A stretch of 49,213 bases of DNA from Octopus bimaculoides (GCF_001194135.2 NC_069003.1:7063631-7112843), one strand, 5' to 3'; positions 35,301 to 44,101 are shown, counted from the first letter of the stretch. Numbers and translations: made by a program. The notes: generated by a model from the sequence alone, not told the origin.

Positions 35301-38300
35301 TAATTTGATCCATGGGGTGAAATACTGTCCTCATTCCACTCTCTCCATTTTGTAACATTTCTTTGCTTCAGTTGATAATTTTTGTGACCTGTTCCAGTGG
35401 CATGCAAAAAGCACCATTCGGACATTGGGCCTCATGGAGGCTGTGACAGGTGACCAAAAGTTTTGGGGATATACACCATGTTTGAGAAGACCTGTCAAGC
35501 CAAGTGAAATTGTAGTCATGGCTGATGCTGGTGTTTTGTAACTGGCATCTATGCCAGTGGAATTTAAAATGCACCCAGTGCACACTGTAAAGTGGTTGGT
35601 GTTAGGAAGGGAATCCAGCCATAGAAACCATGGTAAATCAGATTGGAACTTGGTGCAGCTCCCTAGCTTGCCAGTTTTCAGTCAAACCATCCGACCCATG
35701 CCAGCATGGAAAACAGATGTAAAAGGATGATGATGATGATGGTGAATTACCTTAGTGCCTTGGATTGAACTCGAAACCTCTAGGTGGCTGCACTGCGTTA
35801 ACCAATGCCTTTATCTACGACTCTATATCACAAGACGCAGAGAGTGGAATGAGAACCGTGTACCCCCGCCCCCCATGGATCAAATAACGAAAGGGTTAGG
35901 TCCAAACTTCCAATACAACAACTGAGTTCAACCCAAAACACCTGAAGAAGGGTGGAGTGAGCAACAGCTGAAAGCATAGTGAAAGCAACACTCAAGAAGA
36001 GGACATCAGTCGGTCCAACTAATACAAACAGTGTACACAATGCTAATATAATGCATGACACTATAAGTCACACTCACTTGTGTTCACACACACATGCATC
36101 TAAGCACTTACACATTTATACACAAAAGCACTCAATACACACATGCATGCATACACATGTATGCACAGATCATACAATCATCACCATCATCATCAACATC
36201 ATTAACTTTTGGAACGTTACTCTCTCAAGTCCTAGAACACATAGAGCCACCTACCCAGTTTCCATGGTGCATTAGTAAATAAGATCACAACTATTAATGA
36301 TCTGTCAGGACACCATACTTTGTTATGCAACCATGATATACTACAGAGTGTGGCTCAGTGGTTAGGCCATTCAGCTCACGATCATAAGGTCGTGAGTTCG
36401 ATTCCCGGCGACACGTTGTATCCTTGAGCAAGACACTTTATTTCACGTTGCTCCAGTCCACTCAGCTGGTAAATATGAGTAGTACCTGTAATTCAAAGGG
36501 CCAGCCTTGTCACACTCTTTGTTACGCTGAGTCCCCCCGATAACTACGTTAGGGGTACACGTGCCTGTGGAGTGCTCAGCCACTTGCACGTTAATTTCAC
36601 GAGCAGGCTGTTCCGTTGATCGTATCAGCTGGGACCCTCGTCATCGTAACCGACGGAGTGCACCTTACTACAAAGTATATTAAACGTATTTTATAAACCA
36701 ATACTGTGTTCTACTGTGTTAGCAGTGCTCTTACATCACTTGTTAAAGTTATCTCTGAAGATTTTCCTATAAGAATTACAGTCAGCACTTATTTTTGTTA
36801 CGACGTTTCGTGTCCATGATATCAGATGTCAACAAGCAACAAGATCAAAGATGGAAAAAAGGGTAATGGGTGTATCTGCCATACTTAGGGTGGTTTTGCT
36901 CCTTCATCAGGACCCATCTAACCTCTTTATCATCCCCGAACACATTGCATAGAGAGCCACTAAATACAGTGGGGTACCATTATTGAATATATCAGTTTAC
37001 ATATTAAATGCATTCCTGGAAGTCGGTACAGCAATCCCTCGACCATCGCAGGTGTTACATTCCAACCCTGTGAAGTGGAAACAGTGCTGTACTGTATATT
37101 TTAAAAAATTATTTCTATAATTTGTATATATTTATTTTATTAGAAATATAAAACAACACCACAGAGAAATTGATGTAAGCTTAAATAATAAACTGCAATA
37201 GGTGAACCGCAATATAGCAAGGGGTTGCTGTACATGAATAATAATGACCTGTAGGTATACCATATTTTGTTGTATGACCATGATATACAACAAAGTATAC
37301 TGAATGTTTTTTATAAGTCAATACCATATTCTACTGTGTTAGCAGTGCAATTTACATTACTTGTCAAGGCTATTTCTACAGATTTTCAAATAGAGATTAT
37401 AACCAGCACTGACTTTATTATGAATTAAACATTTCTACATCAGGCGTCTCGGATACGAAATGTTGTAACAAAAATCAGTGCTGGTTATTATTTCTATAGA
37501 GAAATCTGTTGAGATGACCTTAACAAGTAAGATGATACCATTCCCACTGAGTGAACTGGAACAATGTGAAATGAAGGGTCTTGCTCAAGAACACAATGCA
37601 CTGCCCAGTCCAAGAATTGAAACCTCAATCTTGCAATTGTGAGTGCAATATCTTACCCACAAGGCCCCTTCCTTTTTTTTCTTTTTTCCGTCCCTCTTAC
37701 AAGACACCCTTCTGTGTTTGTGTTGTGTAAGTTAGCTGTAATGTCTGACCCAGGTGTTTGTCTCCTATTTCAAACTCAGCTGAATGGAGTTACCAGGAAA
37801 GATCTGTCAGAAGCCCAAGAGACTGCAAACAGCATCCAGCATCATGGCATCATGAAGGGCATTGAGGAAATTCTACCACAACTGTCGAAGAAGAAGCAAA
37901 ATATTGTCACAGAAGTACCTCGGGTGATGGTAAGTGACATAAACATCAGCATTGTGTGCCAGTGTATGTGTGTGTGTGTGTGTATGAAAGAGAGAAAGAG
38001 AAATGTTCTATGAGGTCCTTTATTGATATGAGTTGATCCACGTCCTGCTAGGCAAAGAGCACCTTTGTCACTTACTCTCTTTCACTCTTTTACTTGTTTC
38101 AGTCATTTGACTGCGGCCATGCTGGAGCACCGCCTTTAGTCGAGAAAATCGACCCCCAGGACTTATTCTTTGTAAGCCTAGTACTTATTCTATCGGTCTC
38201 TTATTGCCGGACCGCTAAGTTACGGGGACGTAAACACACCAGCATCGGTTGTCAAGCGATGGTGGGAGGACAGACACAGACACACAAACACACACACGCA

Positions 38301-39182
38301 TATATATATACATATATACGGCAGGCTTCTTTCAGTTTCCGTCTACCAATTCCACTCACAAGGCTTTGGTCAGCCCGAGGCTATAGTAGAAGACACTTGC
38401 CCAAGGTGCCACGCAGTGGGACTGAACCCGGAACCATGAACATGAACTATAAATCATACAGTCTGAAGGACTAATGTGGTTGTGCCACTGCTAATTTTGC
38501 TATTACTGGCTTTGGTGGTGATGGTGATGCTGGTATAGTGGTAATAATGGTATGGTGATGCTGGTATAGTGGTAATAATGGTATGGTGATGCTGGTATAG
38601 TGGTAATAATGGTATGGTGCTGATGATAGTGGAGGTGGTGATAATAGTATGGTGGTGGCAGTGGTAGTTTAGGTGGTGATGATGGTATTGTGGTAGTGGT
38701 TTAAGTAGTATATCAGCTATGGACACTGTCCTGGATGAGGACTTATTGTCCAGTCCCATACCATCTGGACACATACTAGCAATGCTCAGCTGGATGTTTG
38801 TTGCTATTGCAACATTTCTTCCTTGTTTACCTCATTCCCCCTGGGGGGGGGGGGTTCTGAAGTTCAGCATTGCACTCCATCTAAATACTTGTCATCTTAC
38901 ACAATGTCTTTGTCAGTTACAGCATTGGTCTCTACCTGTCCATCATCATCATCATCATCATCATCATCGTTATCATTTAACAACCATTTTTTAAAATTTT
39001 TATTTTTATTTAAATTTAATCTAACTTTTATTTTCCAGGCTGAATTTCAACTCCTCACAGCTCAACAAGAAAGTGAACGAAGAGCTTATTATGCCAAAAT
39101 GAAGAAGTTTTTTACATCAAAGGTGAACATGCTATTTAGTATATTTTTCTTTTTGATGATTTGTGTGTGTGTGTGTATGTGT

Positions 39183-39259
<77 letters not shown>

Positions 39260-41061
39260 CTTTATGTGGAGTTTGATCTTTGCAGTTTGGCATCCATTTT
39301 GTGTCTAGTCTCCAGACAACGAGAATCCATTAGCTTTGAGATTTCAATGATGTGTTTGTTTATTTTTAGAATGACATTGTAGACAAGATACAAAAGGCTG
39401 GATCTAGCCAATATGAACATAAAACAGGTCAAATATAAGTAGTATATCAGCTATGGACACTCAGCAGGCTCTTAGTCATCTCTTTCAGCATGGTTTCTAT
39501 GGCTTGATGCCCTTTCCTAGCACCAACCACTTTATAGAGTGTACTGGGTTCTTTTTATGTGGTACTGGCATTGGTGCCTTGTAGATGGAAGCGGCACTGG
39601 TGCTTTTTACATCCCTAATAATTGAGATAGGTACAGGCATAGATGCATAGTAAAGAGCTTTGCATTGTAACCACATGATTTCAAGTTCAGTCCCACTGTG
39701 TGGCACCTTGAGCAAGTATCTGCTACTTTAACCCCATGATAACCAATGCTTTGTGAGCAAACTTGGTCAATGGAAACTGTGAAAGACCTTACTTTCATTA
39801 AACACAATATTTTTTTTTTCATAGATGGTACCCTCACACATCATAAACTTAATATTCCAACAGAATCGTTAAACAGATCTGTCTGATTATTCAACACTTA
39901 TAACTAGTTTTACTGCAAGATCTTAGCGTCTCTGCCTCAGGTTTTAATAAGAAAAAATAAAAAAGTTATACTTCCTTAACTAACAAGAATCTACATGCTT
40001 AATACTCATATTTATTACAACCAAAAATCCTCTGTCTATATTCCTATTTCAGTTTTTATTCCAACTCTAACCTAATTCTTATTCTGTCTTATTTTTACAG
40101 GAAACACCTGAAAGTGAGAAAGCAAACTCAAATAAAAGTAAGTCATTTAAGTGTGTGTGTGTGTTTCAGCACTTTTATGTGTGTGTTTCCTGTGCCAACA
40201 GTTGCATCCCAATGTTCTTGATGTGTGTGCAGCATTGCTTTTTTTCTGTCAACATCAGTTAGCATCCGCTTTTCATTCTGGCATGGATTGAACAATCTGA
40301 CAGGAGCTGGTAAGGCTAGGGGGCCACACCAGGTTCCGTAGTCTGTTTCGGCTTGGTTTCTACACAGCTGGATGACCTTTTTAGGGCATGTAGCTGAAAA
40401 GCCAGGAATCAAACTGGAGAGAAGCGGAAAAGACAACCCAGAGTCAGTGGAGGAAAGTTGTCGATGGCCTACACTCCAGAGGGAGCGAAGGGCTTAAGTA
40501 AGCAAGCAGAAGGTTTTCTCCTCCAGCTGTTGACTTGCAACTGTTGAACTGGAAAACCAACTGCATCAGTCTCACTGGCCCTAAAGGGTCTGTAAGGGCT
40601 ATGTGCACGGGTGGATGGGTGGACAGATTAAAACACACAGGTAAAACGATGCAGATTATGAGGTAAGGAAGAGACATGCAAATAAATAAATAAGTAAAAT
40701 GAAGTGGAGAAAATGTACAAAAATGAAAGAAAACATAACAATGAGAAGGTGTAGAATGAAAATAAACAAGTGATAAGAGATGTAGGGAGGAAAAGATGTC
40801 CTCTGCACTGTAGGTACTGCTTAGTGGGACTGAAACCATAGCTAGGTGGTTTAGAAGCCAGCTTCTCCAGCACACAGTCACACCCTCTTAACAGCTTTAT
40901 TCTCTTTGCCAGCTTGGCCACTACACTCTTCTGAGATTATTTGTACTTAAACGATTTACCATTGCTATCTCTTCTGTAGATAAGAGCAAGTCAGATTCAG
41001 AAGTTTCCAAGGCTGATACCCAGGCTGCGAACACATCTGATTCCCTGCAATTTCATATTGA
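5058..41061 (+). CDS. CEP350: Multi-exon CEP350-like (centrosome-associated protein 350 family) gene; 29 reconstructed coding exons, 5' end not found, 3' end uncertain
   Basis: Chain of AG/GT-bounded open exons with matching intron phases. Several peptide blocks resemble CEP350 conserved motifs as I recall them (RHYDxxEVR...RLQExYRKQKE; SSW...ILG; SVxNIF; SP...AEL...ISLAQQE). No search was run. Confidence 0.8.
5340..5682 (+). mobile_element. Decayed RTE-type non-LTR retrotransposon 3' end
   Basis: Residual LRLFGHV...DPAY motif with stops; ends in acctga. Confidence 0.6.
5767..6249 (+). CDS. CEP350: CEP350-like exon (ANGKNYG...LNKALTRS), phase 1-1
   Basis: Pyrimidine tract plus ctcag, gtaagt donor, 483-nt open frame inside ORF 5709-6395. 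Confidence 0.85.
6652..7044 (-). mobile_element. tRNA-derived SINE family D, near full length
   Basis: Minus strand reads a pol III A/B-box-like head (gtggctgtgtggc...ggttcagtcccc), CCTTGGGCAAG core, microsatellite, tail ...gactgaaacaagtaaaagag. Confidence 0.88.
7405..7550. repeat. (ACC/ACT)n trinucleotide tract
   Basis: Directly visible. Confidence 0.95.
8000..8251. mobile_element. Fold-back (MITE-like) element with about 90-bp inverted arms
   Basis: gtaaagaatgaaaagttttgaatg... left arm matches the reverse complement of the right arm with few mismatches; degraded right-arm copy at about 27450-27570. Confidence 0.85.
8249..8255 (+). promoter_or_regulatory. Consensus branch point TACTAAC
   Basis: Exact heptamer 26-32 nt upstream of the 3' splice site at 8281/8282. 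Confidence 0.7.
8282..8335 (+). CDS. CEP350: CEP350-like exon (SGLDKLREKIKQQQLVCK), phase 1-1
   Basis: TACTAAC at 8249, T-tract gcag, gtatgt donor; resembles the CEP350 LEKLKERI motif. Confidence 0.85.
9542..9826 (+). CDS. CEP350: CEP350-like exon (EHSSSK...TRKIAASVSTPSYK), phase 1-1
   Basis: ttgtag acceptor; weak AAG|gttttt donor supported by restoring YKGF with the next exon. Confidence 0.85.
10542..10643 (+). CDS. CEP350: CEP350-like exon (GFSRLKEK...TTTTGK), phase 1-1
   Basis: cttcag acceptor, gtaagt donor, in phase. Confidence 0.8.
10874..11115 (+). mobile_element. SINE family C (B-type head and core, different tail)
   Basis: cttgagcaagacactttatttcac core followed by a distinct 3' region. 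Confidence 0.75.
11507..11595 (+). CDS. CEP350: CEP350-like exon (AVTRTKMKK...RAVCR); 3' end lost in gap 11596-11649
   Basis: gtacag acceptor, phase-1 entry, open until the N-run. Confidence 0.75.
12334..12522 (+). CDS. CEP350: CEP350-like exon (IITPSSWKKGHEVVLRILGSKP...GRQT), phase 1-1
   Basis: ctgcag acceptor, gtacct donor; SSW..G..V..ILG motif typical of CEP350. Confidence 0.88.
13200..13410 (+). mobile_element. Decayed non-LTR reverse transcriptase fragment
   Basis: LIFANDSAIFA (degenerate FADD box) followed, after a frameshift, by YGLKINADKIKVL. Confidence 0.65.
13526..13651 (+). CDS. CEP350: CEP350-like exon (DTCINGNHEY...KRKPKFT), phase 1-1
   Basis: gccag acceptor, gtaaga donor, 126 nt open. 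Confidence 0.8.
14006..14256 (+). CDS. CEP350: CEP350-like exon (DSEKQPKVRHYDPEEVRKFI...RLQEVYRKQKE...FDM), phase 1-0; alternative in-frame acceptors at 13997 and 14000
   Basis: Strongest family motif; gtaagg donor; coiled-coil-like composition. Confidence 0.9.
15130..15305 (+). mobile_element. Family E SINE (other copies at 11118-11270 and 44120-44288; antisense copy at 12830-12960)
   Basis: Same core and tail. Confidence 0.78.
15378..15748 (-). mobile_element. SINE family D, full length
   Basis: Same modules as 6652-7044. Confidence 0.88.
15792..15916 (+). CDS. CEP350: CEP350-like exon (SMFDSEDSTA...SPHE), phase 0-2
   Basis: ttttag acceptor, gtaaca donor, acidic S/T-rich open frame. Confidence 0.8.
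16687..17040 (+). mobile_element. Two head-to-tail family E SINEs (Nin/Deu-like central domain, (ATT)n tail)
   Basis: gttcaaattccaccgaggttgactttgcctttcatcctttcggggtcaataaatt core; resemblance to the Nin/Deu domain is from memory. Confidence 0.8.
17600..17910 (-). mobile_element. SINE family C
   Basis: Reverse complement matches 10874-11115. Confidence 0.75.
17965..18323 (-). mobile_element. tRNA-derived SINE family A inserted in (CA)n
   Basis: Head gtggaggcgcaatggcccattgg...tttcaattcccaga; (AAC) tail; near-identical to 42119 and 46937. Confidence 0.88.
18425..18615 (+). CDS. CEP350: CEP350-like exon (SMSDQLSQD...ISRTQL), phase 2-1
   Basis: tttcag acceptor, AG|gtaata donor, phases fit both neighbours. 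Confidence 0.78.
19887..19994 (+). CDS. CEP350: CEP350-like exon (VTRQWSADLNRLHDLRESAATLTHKIKEMCQTSNFP), phase 1-1
   Basis: ttttag acceptor, gtaagt donor; resembles the CEP350 R...LK.TAASL..RI motif. Confidence 0.85.
20038..20400 (-). mobile_element. Two overlapping family F copies (also 8560-8860, 11820-11960, 26045-26560, 33013-33350, 40240-40400)
   Basis: (CAT)n-gtttaacgtctgctttccatg...ggatgcccttcct signature. Confidence 0.8.
20505..20579 (+). CDS. CEP350: CEP350-like exon (ISSSNIVIPEEEPVFAGTKTDQSLP), phase 1-1
   Basis: ttcatag acceptor, gtaaaa donor; forms LPGV with the next exon. Confidence 0.8.
21347..21498 (+). CDS. CEP350: CEP350-like exon with IQ motif (AATCIQAVYRGYTVRKNL), phase 1-0
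   Basis: ttcaag acceptor, gtaagt donor; canonical IQxxxRGxxxR. Confidence 0.88.
21876..22198 (-). mobile_element. SINE family D, degraded
   Basis: Recognisable tail, core and head with deletions. Confidence 0.75.
22318..22395 (+). CDS. CEP350: CEP350-like exon (ANLYLERNSVSSSDEAQKTPPRSKVK), phase 0-0
   Basis: tttcag acceptor, gtaaat donor. Confidence 0.8.
23262..23357 (+). CDS. CEP350: CEP350-like exon (GKLCFENISASSDEMTTPPQTTDFPNPTSRFK), phase 0-0
   Basis: tttcag acceptor, gtaaat donor; similar to the preceding exon. Confidence 0.75.
23795..23996 (+). CDS. CEP350: CEP350-like exon (NLHCDY...PWKKNDIPPDKYSVVNIFTSKYRTCNNT), phase 0-1
   Basis: Long T-tract plus aaag acceptor, gtgaaa donor; SVVNIFT motif. 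Confidence 0.88.
24049..24750 (+). mobile_element. Three head-to-tail family E SINEs
   Basis: Three successive copies separated by (ATT/ATC/AAC)n tails. Confidence 0.85.
25167..25551 (+). CDS. CEP350: CEP350-like exon (ETEDSAQQETPS...SSRIK), phase 1-2
   Basis: ttacag acceptor, gtaagt donor, 385 nt open. Confidence 0.82.
25634..26044 (-). mobile_element. SINE family D
   Basis: Same modules. Confidence 0.85.
26620..27060 (-). mobile_element. RTE-clade LINE ORF2 C-terminal remnant
   Basis: KLVWYGHV...KTILQDTVEGRHRKKQRKSWLDNIKDWT, preceded by AFKYKCFRGLLHI. Confidence 0.8.
27250..27327 (+). CDS. CEP350: CEP350-like exon (SYSVNPVIQTNGDCYGLQDLHSSSS), phase 2-2
   Basis: ctgcag acceptor, gtaagt donor, phases fit. 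Confidence 0.78.
27571..28704. repeat. 26-bp minisatellite (atatggcaccagcacaggtgctttta)n spanning an assembly gap
   Basis: About 7 copies before and about 9 after gap 27760-28472; ggcacc/ggctcc variants. Confidence 0.95.
29023..29164 (+). CDS. CEP350: CEP350-like exon (GDSEAENQSTIEMSS...PYQSQ), phase 2-0
   Basis: tttcag acceptor, gtgaga donor. Confidence 0.8.
29456..29890. repeat. Compound microsatellite block (CT)n/(TATC)n/(TCTG)n/(TG)n
   Basis: Directly visible; explains the overlapping spurious ORFs. Confidence 0.95.
30123..30302 (+). CDS. CEP350: CEP350-like exon (FPAIGG...KYSPAQLPMKLRAELYNWEQTVESISLAQQETFSLGRIFQ), phase 0-0
   Basis: accag acceptor, gtaaga donor; SP...AEL...ISLAQQE is a CEP350 hallmark as recalled. 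Confidence 0.9.
30425..30775 (+). mobile_element. Family F short retroelement with (GAT)n tail
   Basis: ggcattaggaagggcatccagctgtagaaac...catgctagcatggagagcggatgtta then (GAT)n; other plus copies at 32035-32150 and 35340-35740. Confidence 0.82.
31782..32018 (+). CDS. CEP350: CEP350-like exon (TQSQNPEPNLHYLEQMRRAM...TVTSQ), phase 0-0
   Basis: tttcag acceptor, gtaaat donor, 237 nt open. Confidence 0.82.
32184..32211 (+). CDS. CEP350: Candidate 28-nt micro-exon (VLKKLKDHY), phase 0-1
   Basis: ttcttttacag acceptor and gtaagt donor, open; the downstream phase does not close without another exon. Confidence 0.45.
32351..33012. other. Assembly gap (other large gaps: 849-1031, 3127-3755, 27760-28472, 41250-41571)
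   Basis: N-runs, mostly next to simple or tandem repeats. Confidence 1.
33580..33692 (+). CDS. CEP350: CEP350-like exon (HSHRASSQRSSS...TVTEDIS), phase 2-1
   Basis: ttctcag acceptor, gtaagt donor; only the phase-2 entry is open. Confidence 0.75.
34225..34340 (+). CDS. CEP350: CEP350-like exon (ASSGTEASSTSQ...HNKENLPSKK), phase 1-0
   Basis: ttgcag acceptor, gtaaat donor. Confidence 0.8.
36346..36665 (+). mobile_element. tRNA-derived SINE family B with 7-bp TSD
   Basis: tggctcagtggttagg...gagttcgattcccgg head, ccttgagcaagacacttta core, tail shared with family A; tactaca at 36339-36345 and 36666-36672. Confidence 0.88.
37780..37929 (+). CDS. CEP350: CEP350-like exon (LNGVTRKDLSEAQ...EVPRVM), phase 0-0
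   Basis: actcag acceptor, gtaagt donor, 150 nt open. Confidence 0.8.
38084..38437 (-). mobile_element. SINE family D, young, 5'-truncated
   Basis: Very close to the other copies; head ends at ggaaccatg. Confidence 0.88.
38521..38617. repeat. 31-bp tandem repeat x3 (atggtgatgctggtatagtggtaataatggt)
   Basis: Three exact copies starting at 38521, 38552 and 38583. Confidence 0.9.
39039..39122 (+). CDS. CEP350: CEP350-like exon (AEFQLLTAQQESERRAYYAKMKKFFTSK), phase 0-0
   Basis: ctaac branch-like site, tttccag acceptor, gtgaac donor. Confidence 0.8.
40101..40137 (+). CDS. CEP350: CEP350-like exon (ETPESEKANSNK), phase 0-1
   Basis: ttttacag acceptor, gtaagt donor. Confidence 0.75.
40980..41061 (+). 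CDS. CEP350: CEP350-like exon (NKSKSDSEVSKADTQAANTSDSLQFHI), phase 1-2
   Basis: ctgtag acceptor, gtaagt donor. Confidence 0.78.
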
Positions 41062-41136
41062 GTAAGTATTCATATTATTTGCTGTATGCCTTGTATAGAA
41101 GACTGTAACGAAAAGTGTACATTTAATATACATACA

Positions 41137-41174
<38 letters not shown>

Positions 41175-41571
41175 TGTCATATATATATATAAATGTAAAA
41201 CACACATTAAATGATGATCATAATAGATCTTATAAAGAAAAGCATATATNNNNNNNNNNNNNNNNNNNNNNNNNNNNNNNNNNNNNNNNNNNNNNNNNNN
41301 NNNNNNNNNNNNNNNNNNNNNNNNNNNNNNNNNNNNNNNNNNNNNNNNNNNNNNNNNNNNNNNNNNNNNNNNNNNNNNNNNNNNNNNNNNNNNNNNNNNN
41401 NNNNNNNNNNNNNNNNNNNNNNNNNNNNNNNNNNNNNNNNNNNNNNNNNNNNNNNNNNNNNNNNNNNNNNNNNNNNNNNNNNNNNNNNNNNNNNNNNNNN
41501 NNNNNNNNNNNNNNNNNNNNNNNNNNNNNNNNNNNNNNNNNNNNNNNNNNNNNNNNNNNNNNNNNNNNNNN

Positions 41572-41618
<47 letters not shown>

Positions 41619-41705
41619 CATACATATAAATATATATACATACATACATATAAATATATATGTTGTATATATATATATACGAATATGTGTATATATATGT
41701 GTGTT

Positions 41706-42058
41706 CTATCTTTTACTTTTCTTAGTCAATTGTCTGTGGCCATGCTGGGGCACCATCTTGAAGGGTTTTTAGACAGACAAATTAACCCCCGTACATATAT
41801 TTTCAAGTTTATTCTTTCAGTCTCTTTTTGCCAACCACTTAGTTATGGGGCCACAAACAAACCAACACTGGTTGTCAAGCAGTGGCGAGTGAAAAATCAC
41901 ACACCCACACTCAACAGGCTTCTTTTGAGTTACTCGCCTACCAAATTCATTCACAAAGCATTGGTCAGCCCCGGCACCCAAAGTGTCATGCAGTGGGACT
42001 GAACCAAAAACCACTTGGCTGTAAAGCAATCTTCTTAACCATTCAGCCATACCTGCAT
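41706..42058 (-). mobile_element. SINE family D, diverged
   Basis: Same modules. Confidence 0.75.
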
Positions 42059-42118
42059 CTATATATATATACACCTGGCTTACAAACAAAAATATAACTG
42101 TTCCTTTATGATGTGTAT

Positions 42119-42510
42119 TGTTGTGGTTGTTGGCACTCCGTCGCTTACGATGTTGAGGGTTCCAGTTGATCCGATCAACGGAACAGCCTGCTCGTGAAAT
42201 TAACGTGCAAGTGGCTGAGCACTCCACAGACACGTGTACCCTTAACGTAGTTCTCGGGGATATTCAGCGTGACACAGTGTGACAAGGCTGACCCTTTGAA
42301 TTACAGGCACAACAGAAACAGGAAGAAAGAGTGGGAGAAAGTTGTGGTGGAAGAGTACAGCAGGGTTCGGCCACCATCACCTGCCGGAGCCTAGTGGAGC
42401 TTTAGGTGTTTTCACTCAATAAACACTCACAACGCCCGGTCTGGGAATCGAAACTGCGATCCTATGACCGCGAGTCCGCTGCCCTAACAACTGGGCCATT
42501 GCGCCTCCAC
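42119..42510 (-). mobile_element. SINE family A, full length, with 13-bp target-site duplication
   Basis: TSD ttatgatgtgtat at 42106-42118 and 42511-42523. Confidence 0.92.
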
Positions 42511-42568
42511 TTATGATGTGTATACACTGAGAAATAAATACTATTTATTTATTTCATTATTGTGTCAG

Positions 42569-42656
42569 GCTGTATAACATGTTGGCTAAAGGACTTGCAG
42601 CAAATGTCTCTCACCCAATTGACTCCAGGCTCCATTGTTTTGTATTTCTTTGGTAG
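42569..42656 (+). CDS. Candidate terminal coding exon (ELYNMLAKGLAANVSHPIDSRLHCFVFLW*)
   Basis: Good acceptor (tttcattattgtgtcag), open with the required phase-2 entry, TAG at 42654-42656. No homology support. Confidence 0.35.
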
Positions 42657-43174
42657 CAGACATACCAATTTTTTTTCTTTTTTTCCCCTTGGGCTATGCA
42701 CTTGTAATATTCAAGATGTCTTAGTTTCAAAAAAACATTTCTTCTCAAAGCATATAATTTTGCTTTTAACATAATTTCCTTGTTGGCTTAACACTCTCCT
42801 TCTCTATTTGTCTGTCTGCCTCTCTCTGTCTCTCTCTGTCTCTCTCTCTCTCTGTCTCTCTCTCTCTTTCTTACTTAGACACACTAATACTATCTTTCTT
42901 TCCTTTCAGCATAACATCTCAAACACATACTTTCTCTCTGTCATGCACATATAGTCTCTCCCCTTCCTCTCTCTCTCACTCTCACTCTCACTCTTTCTCT
43001 GTCTCTATCTCTGTCTCCCTTTCTCTAATACTCATACAAATATTACTTTCTCATACTTATACCTTCATATTCTTCCTCTCTATCACATACAAGTATTACT
43101 CTCACACACATAACTACATTTTCTCTCTCTCTCTCTCCTTTTCTCTCCGACTGTCAGTCAGTCTGTCTGTCTGG

Positions 43175-43206
<32 letters not shown>

Positions 43207-43377
43207 AGTATTACTCTCACACTCACACATCTATATATTCATTCTCTCTCTCTCTCATCTACACTCACATATCTACATATTCTCTCCCCCCCTCTCTCAC
43301 GCATACACATGCAGTCACCCATGTAGACATAACATCTTAATCTTTCTATGTATATTTATCAGGGTTTCACACATACA

Positions 43378-43404
43378 AATAAATAAATTAAAAAAATAAA
43401 TAAA
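43378..43404 (+). promoter_or_regulatory. Cluster of AATAAA/ATTAAA hexamers, possible polyadenylation signal
   Basis: Overlapping AATAAA copies about 720 nt after the candidate stop; the region is A-rich, so chance is plausible. Confidence 0.25.
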
Positions 43405-43702
43405 CAAAATAAGTCAGAGCAAAAAGAAAAAAAAAAGTCACAAAAATATCAACAAAAGTAAAAAAAAAAAAAAATCCAGTGAGAACAATAACAAAACATT
43501 GTTTTGTTATTGTTGTTGCTGCTGTTGTATATTATAAAGAAGCAAAAACAGACAAGTTTAGTAATTGTATGAGAATGTGTGGTTTCAGTGAAGCAGTTAT
43601 TTATACAACCATGTCATTATCTGTAGTTATAGGACAACATACTAACGAACTGACCGTCCGACCAACCAGCCAACAAGCAACAACAACACCGACAACTATA
43701 TA

Positions 43703-43756
<54 letters not shown>

Positions 43757-44050
43757 TATATGTGTATATTTTAGATCTACCTTGTCAGTAGGTGGTTTCT
43801 TGGTGGTCGGTGAGATTTTTCTTTCTGTGTCTTTTAAAAAAATTCTTCGGTCGACACCTTGCTTTTCCGGTCAGTATTGTTTTTTAACTATTAATGCAGT
43901 CTCATTGTCGGCTACTGGGTCTTTGGATTTACATGCATACTGTTGTTATTGTTGTTAACGTGATAATCTGTGTTCTTGTTGTTAGTCCTATACATGTTTC
44001 TTCTTCAACTGTAAGTCGACCTGTGTCAAAAAATTATATTCATTTATTTG

Positions 44051-44101
<51 letters not shown>

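Noticed and set aside
42430-42510. tRNA-like sequences here and at 6960-7040, 36346-36415 and 46937-47010
   Set aside because: They are SINE heads continuous with SINE bodies and tails, not free tRNA genes
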